Shown here one piece after another: positions 29,970 through 40,320 of a stretch of DNA of 64,000 nt. The translations under genes and the position numbers were made by a program. The notes beneath the pieces are model-generated. The model saw only the letters and a list, made by a program, of their open reading frames with translations, searched no databases and was not told where the DNA came from. Every line of letters begins with the position of its first letter. Within the stretch, counting starts at the first letter, position 1. The DNA comes from an uncultured Gemmatimonadales bacterium (GTDB lineage: Bacteria > Gemmatimonadota > Gemmatimonadetes > Longimicrobiales > RSA9). The stretch is taken from positions 256,001 to 320,000 of the forward strand of contig CAWCRS010000001.1 of the NCBI GenBank assembly GCA_963798085.1, written 5' to 3'.

Positions 29970-31334
29970 TCATTTGACGCGCTTGCCGCCCTTGATCACA
30001 ATGTCGATGCTGCTCATGACGCGCATGTCGGTGAGCGGATCGCCACGCACCGCGACAATGTCAGCGAGCCGGCCGGGCGCGAGGGTGCCGAGGTCCTGAT
30101 CGACCTTGAGGAAGCGCGCGGGCCAGAGCGTCGCCGACTGGATCACCTGCATGGCCGGCACGCCCAGTTCCACCCACTTCACCATTTCCCGCCAGGTTGC
30201 ATCATTGTGGAAGTTCGCGGGGATACCGGCATCGGTGCCAATGAGCATGGTCACGCCCGTCTCGCGCAGCTGCTGGAACTTGTGCGGCAGCGTGGGAATG
30301 CGCGACGGGAACTGCGCATAGTAGGGCAGCGCGGGAATGTGATCGAGCGAGCGGCGGATCTCATCCGCCATCTCCTGCGGCATGTACTGCCGCCATTTCG
30401 CGTCATCGAGCCGTTCCGGAAACACCTCGCCTGTGTACTGCATCACGTAGAGCGGCTCAATGGTGGGCGTCCAGAATAACGCGGCGTTGCGCTCGCGCAG
30501 GGCCTGCAGGATGTCCTCCGGATAACCCGGTGCCGTGCTCAGGCCGGTGTGCTCGAAGCAGTCGACGCCCCATTTCAGGCCCATGCGGATCTCGCCCACG
30601 CGGTGCGCGTGTGCGACCACCGGCTTGCCGCCGCGGTGCGCGGTCTCGACAATGGCGCGCACCTCGTCATCCGTCAGCTGGTCCTGATCGATCATCTTGA
30701 TGACGTCGACGCCCGCATCGATCAGACGCTGCACTTTCTGCCGTGCATCATCGGGCCCGTTCACGCCCCAGCGCAGGTCTTTCTCGTAGTCCTCGTAGGG
30801 TGCGCGCTGGATGAAGGGCCCGGACACGAACAGGCGGGGGCCGGGAATGTCGCCCGCGTTAATGCGGCGTTTGACTTCCAGGATCTCGTTGAGCGGTGCG
30901 CCCAGGTCGCGCGCGGATGTGATGCCCGCGGACAGCAGCTGGTGCGCGGCAATGGGCATGACATCGGTGGCGAGGCGCTTGCCGTACAGATCGTTCCAGC
31001 GCCGGTAGTCGGCGTGTCCCAGAATCTGCAGGTGCACGTGCATGTCGAAGAGGCCGGGCAGCACGGTCATGCCCTCGGTCGAGATTACCTGCACGTTCTG
31101 CGGCACCGTGAGGCTGGCGGCGGGGCCCATGGCGATGATGCGGTCGCCGGCCACGAGGATGGCGCCGTTCTCGATGGGCGGCCCGCCGTAGCCGTCGAGG
31201 ATGCGCCCGCCCACCAGCGCCAGTGTGGGCCGGTCCGGCGCCGTCCGGCCGCGCTGCGCGCGCAGTGAACACGGTGTCAGCGCGAGCACTGCCAGCAGCA
31301 GGGGCGCCGTTCGTCGTGTCCGAGTCGTGTGCAT
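29970..31334 (-). CDS. Amidohydrolase family protein, secreted
   Basis: VLPGLFDMHVH, VDVIK, AHAH, FEH, GTDAG, GTLAPGRLADIVAV. Confidence 0.93.
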   Translation of the reverse strand: MHTTRTRRTAPLLLAVLALTPCSLRAQRGRTAPDRPTLALVGGRILDGYGGPPIENGAILVAGDRIIAMGPAASLTVPQNVQVISTEGMTVLPGLFDMHVHLQILGHADYRRWNDLYGKRLATDVMPIAAHQLLSAGITSARDLGAPLNEILEVKRRINAGDIPGPRLFVSGPFIQRAPYEDYEKDLRWGVNGPDDARQKVQRLIDAGVDVIKMIDQDQLTDDEVRAIVETAHRGGKPVVAHAHRVGEIRMGLKWGVDCFEHTGLSTAPGYPEDILQALRERNAALFWTPTIEPLYVMQYTGEVFPERLDDAKWRQYMPQEMADEIRRSLDHIPALPYYAQFPSRIPTLPHKFQQLRETGVTMLIGTDAGIPANFHNDATWREMVKWVELGVPAMQVIQSATLWPARFLKVDQDLGTLAPGRLADIVAVRGDPLTDMRVMSSIDIVIKGGKRVK

Positions 31335-31466
31335 GGGCGTGCTCCCGGCCGTCGAGCCTCAGAATCGGTTGGCGAACCCGCCGGGTCTTGGCGACACGGC
31401 GGCCGTCAAACTAGCTTGGAACCGACACGGCTGTCCAAGCATTCCCTCTGTCAGCGACCAGTACTC

Positions 31467-31799
31467 ATGTGCAGGAACATTCGCCAGCTGCGCCTGCCGG
31501 ACCGCGCGCCCAGTGACGAGGAGCTGCAGAACGCGGCGCTCCAGTACGTGCGCAAACTGACGGGCTATCGTATGCCGTCCCGAGCCAACGAAGAAGCCTT
31601 CCACCGCTCGATTGCCGACATCGCCGGCGTCACCCGTCGTCTCTTCAATGAACTCGTCACCCATGATCATGCGCATCGTGTCGGTGAACACGGGCCAGCC
31701 ACAGCCGATCCTGTGGCGGGACCGCACCATCACCACCGCGATCTTCAAGCACCCGGTCGCCGGCCCCGTCCGCGTGCGGCGGCTCAATCTCGAGGGTGA
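31467..31799 (+). CDS. DUF2277 family small protein; 3' end uncertain, overlaps next gene
   Basis: MCRNIRQL...AALQYVRKLTGY..PSRANEEAF signature. Confidence 0.8.
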   Translation: MCRNIRQLRLPDRAPSDEELQNAALQYVRKLTGYRMPSRANEEAFHRSIADIAGVTRRLFNELVTHDHAHRVGEHGPATADPVAGPHHHHRDLQAPGRRPRPRAAAQSRG

Positions 31800-32304
31800 C
31801 GGACAGGCCGACCTGGAAGTGCACGGCGGCGAGAACAAGGCGATCTATGCGTACGCCGCCGGTCACTACGCGTGGTGGCGCCGGGAATTGCCCGACGCCG
31901 AGCTGGCCTGGGGCAGTTTCGGTGAGAACCTGACGCTCGACGACTTCAACGAGCACGACATCCATATCGGCGACGTGTTTCTTGCCGGCACTGCCCGCCT
32001 GATGGCAGTGCAGCCGCGTCTGCCTTGCACCAAGCTCAACCTGCGCTTCCGCCGTGACGACATGATCGATCGCTTCCTCGCCAGCGGCCGCACCGGTGTC
32101 TACTTCAAGGTCATCGAAGAAGGTGTGCTGCAGGCTGGTGACATCGTCGAGCGAACCATCGCTAACGCGTCCGGCATCACGATTGCGCAGGCAACGCAAC
32201 TGTACACGGGTGCCAGCGACGACCCGGCACTGCTTCGCCAGGCCGTTGCGACGCCGGCGCTGCCCGAGGCGTGGCAGCGGCGATTCGGCCGGAAGCTCGG
32301 GTAA
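31663..32304 (+). CDS. MOSC domain protein (YiiM-like)
   Basis: GDGQADLEVHGG.NKA, FGENLT, QPRLPCTKL, GRTGVYFKVIEEG. Confidence 0.92.
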   Translation: MIMRIVSVNTGQPQPILWRDRTITTAIFKHPVAGPVRVRRLNLEGDGQADLEVHGGENKAIYAYAAGHYAWWRRELPDAELAWGSFGENLTLDDFNEHDIHIGDVFLAGTARLMAVQPRLPCTKLNLRFRRDDMIDRFLASGRTGVYFKVIEEGVLQAGDIVERTIANASGITIAQATQLYTGASDDPALLRQAVATPALPEAWQRRFGRKLG

Positions 32305-32345
32305 GACTGCGAAGGCATTGCCGGGGCCGGGCCTGGTTGCTGAGG

Positions 32346-32506
32346 GAACGGATTTACGGCAGGTTGGGGCTGGGAACTACGGCATCCCTGGAGTCTCGCG
32401 CTTCCCAGCGTCGGCGATTCGTGCCCACCGGACGCCCTCGCGTTTCCAGCCGCACCCCTCCGTGCCCACTGTGTCCGCTGTGTGATAATGATCCGTTAAT
32501 CCGTTC
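32346..32506. repeat. 14-bp inverted repeat pair (REP-like) between convergent genes
   Basis: gaacggatttacgg (32346-32359) / ccgttaatccgttc (32493-32506); 13/14 complementary. Confidence 0.5.
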
Positions 32507-32531
32507 GTCCGGCACTGCGTAGAGGTTGCGC

Positions 32532-35236
32532 CTACCGCTTTGCCGCACCGCCTCCGCCCGCCACCGTGTCCGCCTTCACCCAGAAGCCCGGACTGCCCGC
32601 TGCCTTCGCCGCGACTTCACCCCCGAAGAGCGCGGCGTTGAACACGATGCGGAACGTGCCCAAGGGCTGTCCCCGCCACTGCGGCCGGAACCCGATGAGG
32701 ATGACGTGGCCATTGCCCTGCTTCACATCGAGCGCGGCCGCCTGGCCGTGCAGGCTCTTCTCGCCCAGCAGATAACCGGACATCAGGGGCGAGCCTGACT
32801 TCTGGTACTTCGCCAGCACTTCGCCCTTGAAGCCATCGAGCGTCGTGAACACGGGGCTGTTGTCGAAGAACACCGGCGCGCGTCCCGGCATGCCTGCCAT
32901 CACCGGGTGCGCGGGATCGGTGAGGATCTCGAGAATCGAGCCACTGGCGAAGAACTCGCGCCGACTCACGCCTGCCAGCGCGTTCTTCACCGGCAGATGC
33001 AGCTGCTTGATGGCGAAGTCGGTGGCGCTGTTCAGGCAGACGAGCGGTGCCGCCATCACGCACGAAGGCGTCCAGCGCGCGCACGCCCTCGTCGCCAATG
33101 CCGCCTTCGTAGCGCGGCGGTACCGTGCCTTTCGCGTACCCTTCGAGCATGCCCGCGCGTGTTGTCGGAGGGCAGCAGGATGCCGTGAAGCGATCACCCA
33201 GATCGCCGGCACGGAAGTCGGCGTTGCTTATGACAGTGTAGGCGAAGCCGTACTGATCGAGCAGCCACTCGGTCCAGCCTTCGTCCATGCTCGCCCGCCA
33301 TGACTTGTACAGCGCGATGCGCGGCCGCACCGCCGCTTCGCCCGTCGCATTCGTGCGCTCCGCGTGAATGGCCAGCGAATCCACCAGGTGCTGAGCGTTG
33401 CCTGCGGACACGCCGTCAATGATGTACCGCCCGCTCTCGCCGCCCTCGCCGTCCTTGCCCGGCTTTCCCGCCGCGAAGCGCACGGTGCCGCCCGCGCCAG
33501 GGCGCGGTTGATCAGCGGAACGCATTGTTCTCCGCCGCGTCCACGGCCAGGTGTGCGCCGGTTCCGGTGATGCGGCCGGCGGCGGCACGATGGCGGCGGC
33601 CACACCGTTCGACGCGAAAGGTGCGTCCGGCGCATTGGCCGCGGCACCCGGGTCCGCCTGCAGCATCGTCATGGCCGCGCGGAAATCGTCGGGCAGTGGC
33701 GCGGCCGCGGTGATCACATGCACGTCCATCTGGAACGGCAGCGTCCAGCCCGCCGCGTCGTAGGGCTGCTCGGGTGGACCATCCGGATACTCGCGCAGAT
33801 CCGGGTAGTCCTGCACATCGAACAGCTGGCGCACCAGCTCGGCAAACTCCTGATTCATGGGAATCACCCACGTGCCCTTCGCGTAGCTCACGCCATCGTA
33901 CGTCTGCATCGCGGGTCAGCTGCGCGATCCGGATACCGTTGAACGCCAGCCGGCGCAGCAGGTCGGCGGCGACGCCGGGATCGCGCTGCGCCTGCGGGAC
34001 TATGTAGGCGTACGGCGGCTCCTTCTCGTAGCGATGGATGGCGTCACGACCCGCCTGATAGCGGTTGTAGAGCAGCTGGTCCTTGTACTTGGCCGCGTAG
34101 TCGAGCACGGAGATGGATGCGGTGACCATGTAGTCGACCGCATCACGCAGGCGCCACCAGCCGCCCGGCCAGGGACTCGAGTAGAGCGCACCGGGCCGCA
34201 GGTCGCGCATGTTCTGCGGGAAGTCGCTCATCGTGTAGAAATGCGGTGTTGCGTAGTTGTACAGCGCCGTCTCCGTCCAGAACGCGGCAATGTTCTGCAT
34301 CATGGGCATGTAGTCAATGTAGCCCGGGTACCACGCGTCGTAGCCCGTGCCCATGTGCGTGGCGCCGGGCTGGCCGTTGGACTCGAGACCCTGCGCGATC
34401 AGCATGCCAATGGCGTTCACTTCGCGCGACATGAGCGGCGGCACGCGCGGCGCGATGGGCTCGGCGAAGGGCGGCAGCCAGATGCGCGTGGGAAAAGGCG
34501 ACGACTGGTGCTGCACGTAGATGATCTGCGGCTCCCACTGCCGCCATGTTCTGGCTACTACACGCGACTCCTGCACGTTCAGCATGTAGGCATCGCGGTT
34601 GTTGTCGTGGCCAATGTACTTCTGATACAGCTCGTGCAGGGGCGCGCCCTCGTAGGACGTGCCCACGTTTTCGCGGTACCAGTCGGCGACAATGTCCTGG
34701 CCGTCGGGATTGATCGACGGCCACAGGAATAGCACGACGTTATCGAGTATTGCGCGCAGCTTCGGATCGGCCGTACCGGCGATCAGGTCGTGCGCCAGCT
34801 GGATGGTGTGCTGCGCGCCGGCGACTTCGGAAGCGTGCAGGCCGCCACTGATGTCGACGAACGCTTTCGTCTGCTGCACCAGCTGCCTCGCCTCGGCGTC
34901 GCTCAGGCCGGCCGGATGCGCCAGCCGCTGCGCGATTTCGCGGTAGTGGTCGAGGTTCCGCAGATTCTCCGGCGACGAGATGATGGCCAGCGTCCAGGGC
35001 CGGCCCAGCGAGGTCCGGCCCACTTCCACGAGCCGGATGTAATCGGATGATGCGGCCAGCCGCCTGAAGTAGTCGATCGACTCCTCGTACCGTGCCAGCC
35101 TGTAGTCTGCCCCGGGCTGGAACCCGAGCACGGATTCGGGTGTGGGAACAGCCTGTTGCGCGGCGAGGCGCGCGGCCGGGCCGCCTGCGAGGATCGTGGC
35201 AACGCACAACAGCGTGGACAGGGCACGTGGCTTCAT
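32532..35236 (-). CDS. M14-family zinc carboxypeptidase-like secreted protein; multiply frameshifted in its 3' half (assembly error or pseudogene)
   Basis: GGLHASE, NPDG, GHDNNRD, HQ. Downstream blocks PYDAAGWTLP, SMDEGWTEWLL, LDAFVRDGG and GFRPQWRGQ lie in different frames. Confidence 0.85.
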
Positions 35237-35456
35237 CGCTGGCTCCGTGTGGTGATTCGCGGCTCCTCGACCGGCTGCGCAGCAGGACCGTAGGTGGCAG
35301 GGACATGCGGGGCAAGTGGCGGCCGGCGGGCCCGGGGCCGGCGCACACGTCAGGCGACAGCCTCGCGAGTCGTTCTCCCATGCGAGCGCGCCGCCCTGAG
35401 CGACAGTCGCCAGGTGGCGGGCAGCAGCTCGCAGGTGCAACCGTGAATGCAGGTCA

Positions 35457-36521
35457 ATGAATCGTCCCCCAGGGATCGTGCGCTGGCCGGCCCGGTGGCT
35501 GCTGCCCGCGCTGCTGGCTCTCGCCTGTCACGGCGGCGAGCCGGCGGGCCCCGGCTACGGCGGGTCGACACCTTCCGTGCGCTTCGGCAATCCCCTGCCC
35601 GGACCCTTGCTGACACTCGAGTTCTACGGCGCCTACATCGATCACAATGCGACCAGCGGCATCAGCGACTACACGTGCGGTCTCAAGACCTACGACGGCC
35701 ACACCGGCGTCGACATCCTGCTGCGCAATTTCCAGGTGCAGGATTCCGGCGTGGTGGTGGTGGCCGCCGCCAATGGCACGGTGCAGTCGACGCATGATGG
35801 CGAGTTCGATCGCAGCACGACAAACGGCGCGGGCGGCTTCGGCAACAACGTCGTGATCGCGCACGGCGAGGGCGTCACCAGCATTTACGGCCACATGCGG
35901 CGAAGCTCGATCGCTGTAACACCGGGTCAGGTCGTGACCGCGGGCACGATGCTGGGCCTGGTCGGCTCTTCCGGCAACTCGAACTGGCCGCACCTGCACT
36001 TCGAGGTGCAGCTCAACAATGCACCGCGCGACCCCTTCCACGGTTCATGCAACGCGCTGACCGGCCTGTGGTCCAGCCAATTGGCCTATCAGGACACGTT
36101 CCTGCTGGCGGATGCGGGTATCGTGCGCAACGACATCTCCTTCGCGCAGCTGCTCGAGAAGCCGCCGCCCGTCAGTCTCATCACGTCAAATGACGCCTCC
36201 CTCACGTACTGGCTGGAGTTCTTCAACATCCAGAACGTCAGTGCCCGCTTCAATGTTTACGATCCGCGCGATTCACTGTACCTGTCGCAGCCCGTGAACG
36301 TGGGCCGCACCTTCTCCATGCGTTTCCTCACTTTGAACCTGCCCGTTGCCGGCCAGCTCTCGCGGCCCGGCACGTGGCGCATCGAGTACTTCCAGAACGG
36401 CCAGCGCCTGGACACGCGCTCCTTCGTGCTGGCCCTGGTTGCGAGCGCCTCGCCTGCCACGCCCCCACGCGCGCGCGCGCCACGCGTTCTGTTGTCGGAG
36501 CAGGGCGGCGACGGGCGCTAG
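35457..36521 (+). CDS. M23-family metallopeptidase lipoprotein
   Basis: LALAC lipobox; YDGHTGVD (HxxxD), YGHM, PHLHFEV (HxH). Confidence 0.92.
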   Translation: MNRPPGIVRWPARWLLPALLALACHGGEPAGPGYGGSTPSVRFGNPLPGPLLTLEFYGAYIDHNATSGISDYTCGLKTYDGHTGVDILLRNFQVQDSGVVVVAAANGTVQSTHDGEFDRSTTNGAGGFGNNVVIAHGEGVTSIYGHMRRSSIAVTPGQVVTAGTMLGLVGSSGNSNWPHLHFEVQLNNAPRDPFHGSCNALTGLWSSQLAYQDTFLLADAGIVRNDISFAQLLEKPPPVSLITSNDASLTYWLEFFNIQNVSARFNVYDPRDSLYLSQPVNVGRTFSMRFLTLNLPVAGQLSRPGTWRIEYFQNGQRLDTRSFVLALVASASPATPPRARAPRVLLSEQGGDGR

Positions 36522-36602
36522 CGCTGGCGCTTGCCCTGCCTGCCAGCCCGGCCTCACCTTGCAGCCCGGTATCACAGTCGCACCAAACGCATGGAGGGGT
36601 TC

Positions 36603-36794
36603 ATGGGTCTCTTCTGGGATCTGTTGCAGCAGAGTCAGATCAGCCGTCAGGGTGAACGGACGGCGTCTGTGGAGACACGCCTCAGCTATCTGGAGTCCGA
36701 GCTGCGCCGCACGCAGGAGCTGATGCGGGACGTGATCCAGCGGCTGGAGCAGAAGGTGGGCGCCGACCTGGATCGTGACGGTCGCATCGGCTGA
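36603..36794 (+). CDS. Small coiled-coil protein with C-terminal DxDxDG motif
   Basis: GGAGG RBS; MGLFWDLLQQSQI...ADLDRDGRIG. Confidence 0.75.
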   Translation: MGLFWDLLQQSQISRQGERTASVETRLSYLESELRRTQELMRDVIQRLEQKVGADLDRDGRIG

Positions 36795-36860
36795 AGACGG
36801 AACGAGCCGGGTCGCTGTAATCCGCCGTTAGAGCGGCTCGCGCATGATGCAGGCGACGAC

Positions 36861-37652
36861 GTGACCTCCACGCTTCTCCTGGCCGGCCACCACCTCGAGT
36901 ACCGCTGGATCGACGGCGCTCCCGATCGCGCCGCGCGTGCCCCTGCCATTGTGTTCCTGCACGAGGGGCTGGGCAGTGTGTCCGCGTGGCGTGATTTTCC
37001 CGACCGCGTGGCCGGCGACACCGGCCTCGCCGCACTGCTCTACAGCCGGCTCGGATACGGCGCATCGGACCCGGTCGCCGGGCCGCGCGCGGTTTCCTTC
37101 ATGCACGAGGAAGCACTCAGCGTCCTGCCTGCCCTACTGCGTCATTTCGAGCTCGACAATGTGATCCTGTTCGGGCACAGTGACGGCGCATCCATCGCGC
37201 TGATCTACGCGGGTGCCGCGGCGGGTCCCGTGCGCGCGCTCGTGCTGGAAGCGCCCCACGTTTTCGTCGAGCCCATCTGCGTGCAGAGCATCAGCCGCCT
37301 GGCCGCGAGCTTCGAGAGCAGCGGACTGCACGAGCGGCTGGCGCGGCATCACGGTCCTAACACGGAGTCAATGTTCCGCAGCTGGACGGGTGTCTGGCTG
37401 GATCCGGAGTTCCGCGGCTGGAACATCGAGGCGTACCTGCCGGGTGTGGTCGATCCGGTGCTGGTCGTGCAGGGCGAGCGCGACGAGTACGGCACACTGT
37501 CGCAGGTGGACGCGATCATGGCGAGGGTGCGCGGTCCGGTGACGTCACTGGTGCTGCCGGACGGCGGTCACGCGCCGCACCGCGACCAGCCGGAGCGTGT
37601 GCTGGCGGCGGTCACGCGCTTCATTCGCGACACGCTCGAGGGCGGCGGCTGA
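36861..37652 (+). CDS. Alpha/beta hydrolase
   Basis: FLHEGLGS, nucleophile elbow GHSDG, GERDEYG, GHAPH. Confidence 0.93.
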   Translation: MTSTLLLAGHHLEYRWIDGAPDRAARAPAIVFLHEGLGSVSAWRDFPDRVAGDTGLAALLYSRLGYGASDPVAGPRAVSFMHEEALSVLPALLRHFELDNVILFGHSDGASIALIYAGAAAGPVRALVLEAPHVFVEPICVQSISRLAASFESSGLHERLARHHGPNTESMFRSWTGVWLDPEFRGWNIEAYLPGVVDPVLVVQGERDEYGTLSQVDAIMARVRGPVTSLVLPDGGHAPHRDQPERVLAAVTRFIRDTLEGGG

Positions 37653-37870
37653 ACCGCATCTCAACGCTGACGCCGGGCGAGGCGTCAGTTCCCCGTTGCG
37701 CGCGCAACGCTGGCCGCCGGCATGCGCGGGCTGGCGTGTGCTGGCGCGGGCCGCCGCAGGTGTGCTAAGGTTGTGCCGCCGGCCGCGCCGCGTCGCCCCC
37801 GGTCAACGCGCATGGATCGCGGGCGGACCTCCACCAGCCACACATCCTGACGCCGGAGTCGTTGCCTCCT

Positions 37871-40315
37871 ATGACCCGACCAGAATCGCCGTCGGTACAA
37901 GTCGCCGTGTCGCGGCAGGTGCTGCCACTGCTGCTCCTGCTGTTCGTGGGCAGTGGCTGCGCCGCGCTGATCTACGAAATCGTGTGGTTCCAGCTGCTCT
38001 CGCTGATCGTGGGCTCATCCGCGATCTCGATGGGCGTGCTGCTGGCCACGTTCATGGGCGGCATGTGCCTCGGCAGTCTCGCGCTCGCCCGCTACATCTC
38101 ACCACGCCGGCATCCGCTGCGCGTGTATGCGCTGATCGAGCTGGGCATAGGCGTCTTCGGCCTGCTGGTTCTGTTCGGCCTGCCCTGGGTGGGCGGACTG
38201 TACACGGCCATTGGCGGGCCCGGCTTCACGGGTCTGCTGTTCCGCGGCCTGTTCTGCGCGCTGTTCCTGCTCGGTCCCACACTGCTGATGGGCGCGACAC
38301 TGCCCGCCGTGGCGCGCTGGGTCGAGGGCACACCACAGGGCGTTTCCTGGCTGGGCTTCCTCTACGGTGCTAACACCGTGGGCGCGGTGGGCGGCTGCCT
38401 GCTCGCGGGATTCTATCTGCTGCGCGTGCACGACATGCAGACGGCCACGTACGTCGCGGTGCTGATCAACGTGATCGTCGCCGCGGGCGGCTACGGCCTG
38501 TCACGCGTGCTGCCGCACCATCCACCCGCGGAAAGCGCACAACCCGTGATCGCGCGCGTGCCTGCCGGCTCGTGGCCCGTGTTAGTCACGATCGGCCTCT
38601 CCGGACTCACCGCGCTGGGCGCGGAAGTGGTGTGGACCCGCCTGCTCTCCCTGACACTGGGCGCAACCACCTACACGTTCTCGCTCATTCTGGCCGCGTT
38701 CCTCGTCGGCATTGGCCTGGGCAGCTGGGCGGGCTCGATGATCGCGCGCACCAGCACGAACGCACGCGTCGCGCTCGGCCTCTGCCAGCTGCTGCTGATG
38801 CTGGGCATTGCGTGGGCCGCGTATTCGATTTCCGAGGCGCTGCCCTACTGGCCCATCAATCCTTCTCTCTCGCCAGCGCCGCGCTTCACGTTCGAGATCG
38901 ACATGGTGCGCTGCCTCTGGGTCGTGCTGCCTTCCGCCATTCTCTGGGGCGCCAGTTTCCCGCTCGCGCTCGCCGGCATTGCCACACGCGAGCAGGACAC
39001 AGGCCGCATGGTGGGCGTCGTCTACGCAGCGAATACTGTGGGCGCCATCATTGGCGCGCTGGTTTCGTCGCTGCTGCTCATCGCATGGATCGGGACGCAG
39101 CAGTCACAGCGTCTGCTGATCGTGATTGCCGGCCTCAGCGCACTGCTGCTGCTGGTGCCCGCGGTCGCCGCTTCGGGCAGGCTGATCCTGCGCTCGCAGA
39201 GCGTGGCGTGGCTCGTGGTCACCATCGTGCTGGGGGGCTGGCTGGTCGCCGACGTCCACGCCATTCCGCCGCTGCTCGTCGCGTACGGCCGCTACATGGT
39301 CACGTGGCTCGACAACCACGGCGACATCATCTACTGGGGCGAGGGCATGAACTCGTCCATGGCCGTCTCGCGTCTGTCCAATGGCGTGCTCAACTACCAC
39401 AACGCGGGCAAGGTGCAGGCCTCGAGCGAGCCGCAGGACATGCGGCTGCAGCGTATGCTCGGTCATCTCACCACCCTGGTGCCCGAACACGCGCGCTCCG
39501 TTCTCGTGATCGGCTGCGGCGCCGGCGTCACGGCGGGCGCGGTGAGCATCGACCCGGTCGTCGAGACCGAGACGATTGCGGAAATCGAACCGCTGGTTCC
39601 CTTCGTGGTGTCGAAGTACTTCAGCGAGCACAATTTCTCCGTCGTGTCGAATCCCAAGGTGCACGTGAAGATCAATGACGCGCGCCATTTCCTGCTGACT
39701 TCGCATCAGAAGTTCGACGCGGTCACGTCCGATCCCTTCGATCCGTGGGTCAAGGGCGCGGCGACACTGTACACGAAGGAATTCTTCGAGGTGGTGAAGC
39801 AGCACCTGAATCCGGGCGGCATCATGACGGTGTTCGTGCAGCTCTACGAGAGCAACACGGAAGCCGTGAAGAGCGAGGTCGCCACCTTCTTCGCCGCGTT
39901 CCCGAATGGCGTCGTCTTCGGCAACACCAACAACGGCAGCGGCTATGATGTCGTGCTGATGGGTCAGGTCGAGCCCCGCCAGATCAACATTGATGCCATG
40001 GAAGAGAAACTGGCCAGCCCGCAGTACGCGCAGGTGGCGGAGTCGCTGCGCCAGATCGGCTTCTATTCCGCTAAGGACCTGTTTGCCACGTACGCGGCGC
40101 AGGGGCCGGACCTCAAGGAATGGCTGGCGGACGCGCAGATCAACCGTGACCGCAACCTGCGACTGCAGTACCTGGCCGGGCTGGGACTCAACCTCTACGA
40201 ACAGGACCAGATCTATCGCGGCATGCTGCAGTACCGGAAGTTCCCCGAGAACCTGTTCACGGGCTCGCCCGAACGGCTGTCGGCGCTGCGCGCCGCCATC
40301 CTCTGGGGACAATAG
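37871..40315 (+). CDS. Fused membrane domain / spermidine-synthase-like SAM-binding protein
   Basis: SGCAALIYEIVW, LYGANTVGA duplicated membrane halves; VLVIGCGAGVT, EIEP, NDARHF, FDAVTSDP. Confidence 0.9.
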   Translation: MTRPESPSVQVAVSRQVLPLLLLLFVGSGCAALIYEIVWFQLLSLIVGSSAISMGVLLATFMGGMCLGSLALARYISPRRHPLRVYALIELGIGVFGLLVLFGLPWVGGLYTAIGGPGFTGLLFRGLFCALFLLGPTLLMGATLPAVARWVEGTPQGVSWLGFLYGANTVGAVGGCLLAGFYLLRVHDMQTATYVAVLINVIVAAGGYGLSRVLPHHPPAESAQPVIARVPAGSWPVLVTIGLSGLTALGAEVVWTRLLSLTLGATTYTFSLILAAFLVGIGLGSWAGSMIARTSTNARVALGLCQLLLMLGIAWAAYSISEALPYWPINPSLSPAPRFTFEIDMVRCLWVVLPSAILWGASFPLALAGIATREQDTGRMVGVVYAANTVGAIIGALVSSLLLIAWIGTQQSQRLLIVIAGLSALLLLVPAVAASGRLILRSQSVAWLVVTIVLGGWLVADVHAIPPLLVAYGRYMVTWLDNHGDIIYWGEGMNSSMAVSRLSNGVLNYHNAGKVQASSEPQDMRLQRMLGHLTTLVPEHARSVLVIGCGAGVTAGAVSIDPVVETETIAEIEPLVPFVVSKYFSEHNFSVVSNPKVHVKINDARHFLLTSHQKFDAVTSDPFDPWVKGAATLYTKEFFEVVKQHLNPGGIMTVFVQLYESNTEAVKSEVATFFAAFPNGVVFGNTNNGSGYDVVLMGQVEPRQINIDAMEEKLASPQYAQVAESLRQIGFYSAKDLFATYAAQGPDLKEWLADAQINRDRNLRLQYLAGLGLNLYEQDQIYRGMLQYRKFPENLFTGSPERLSALRAAILWGQ

Positions 40316-40320
40316 GCGAC

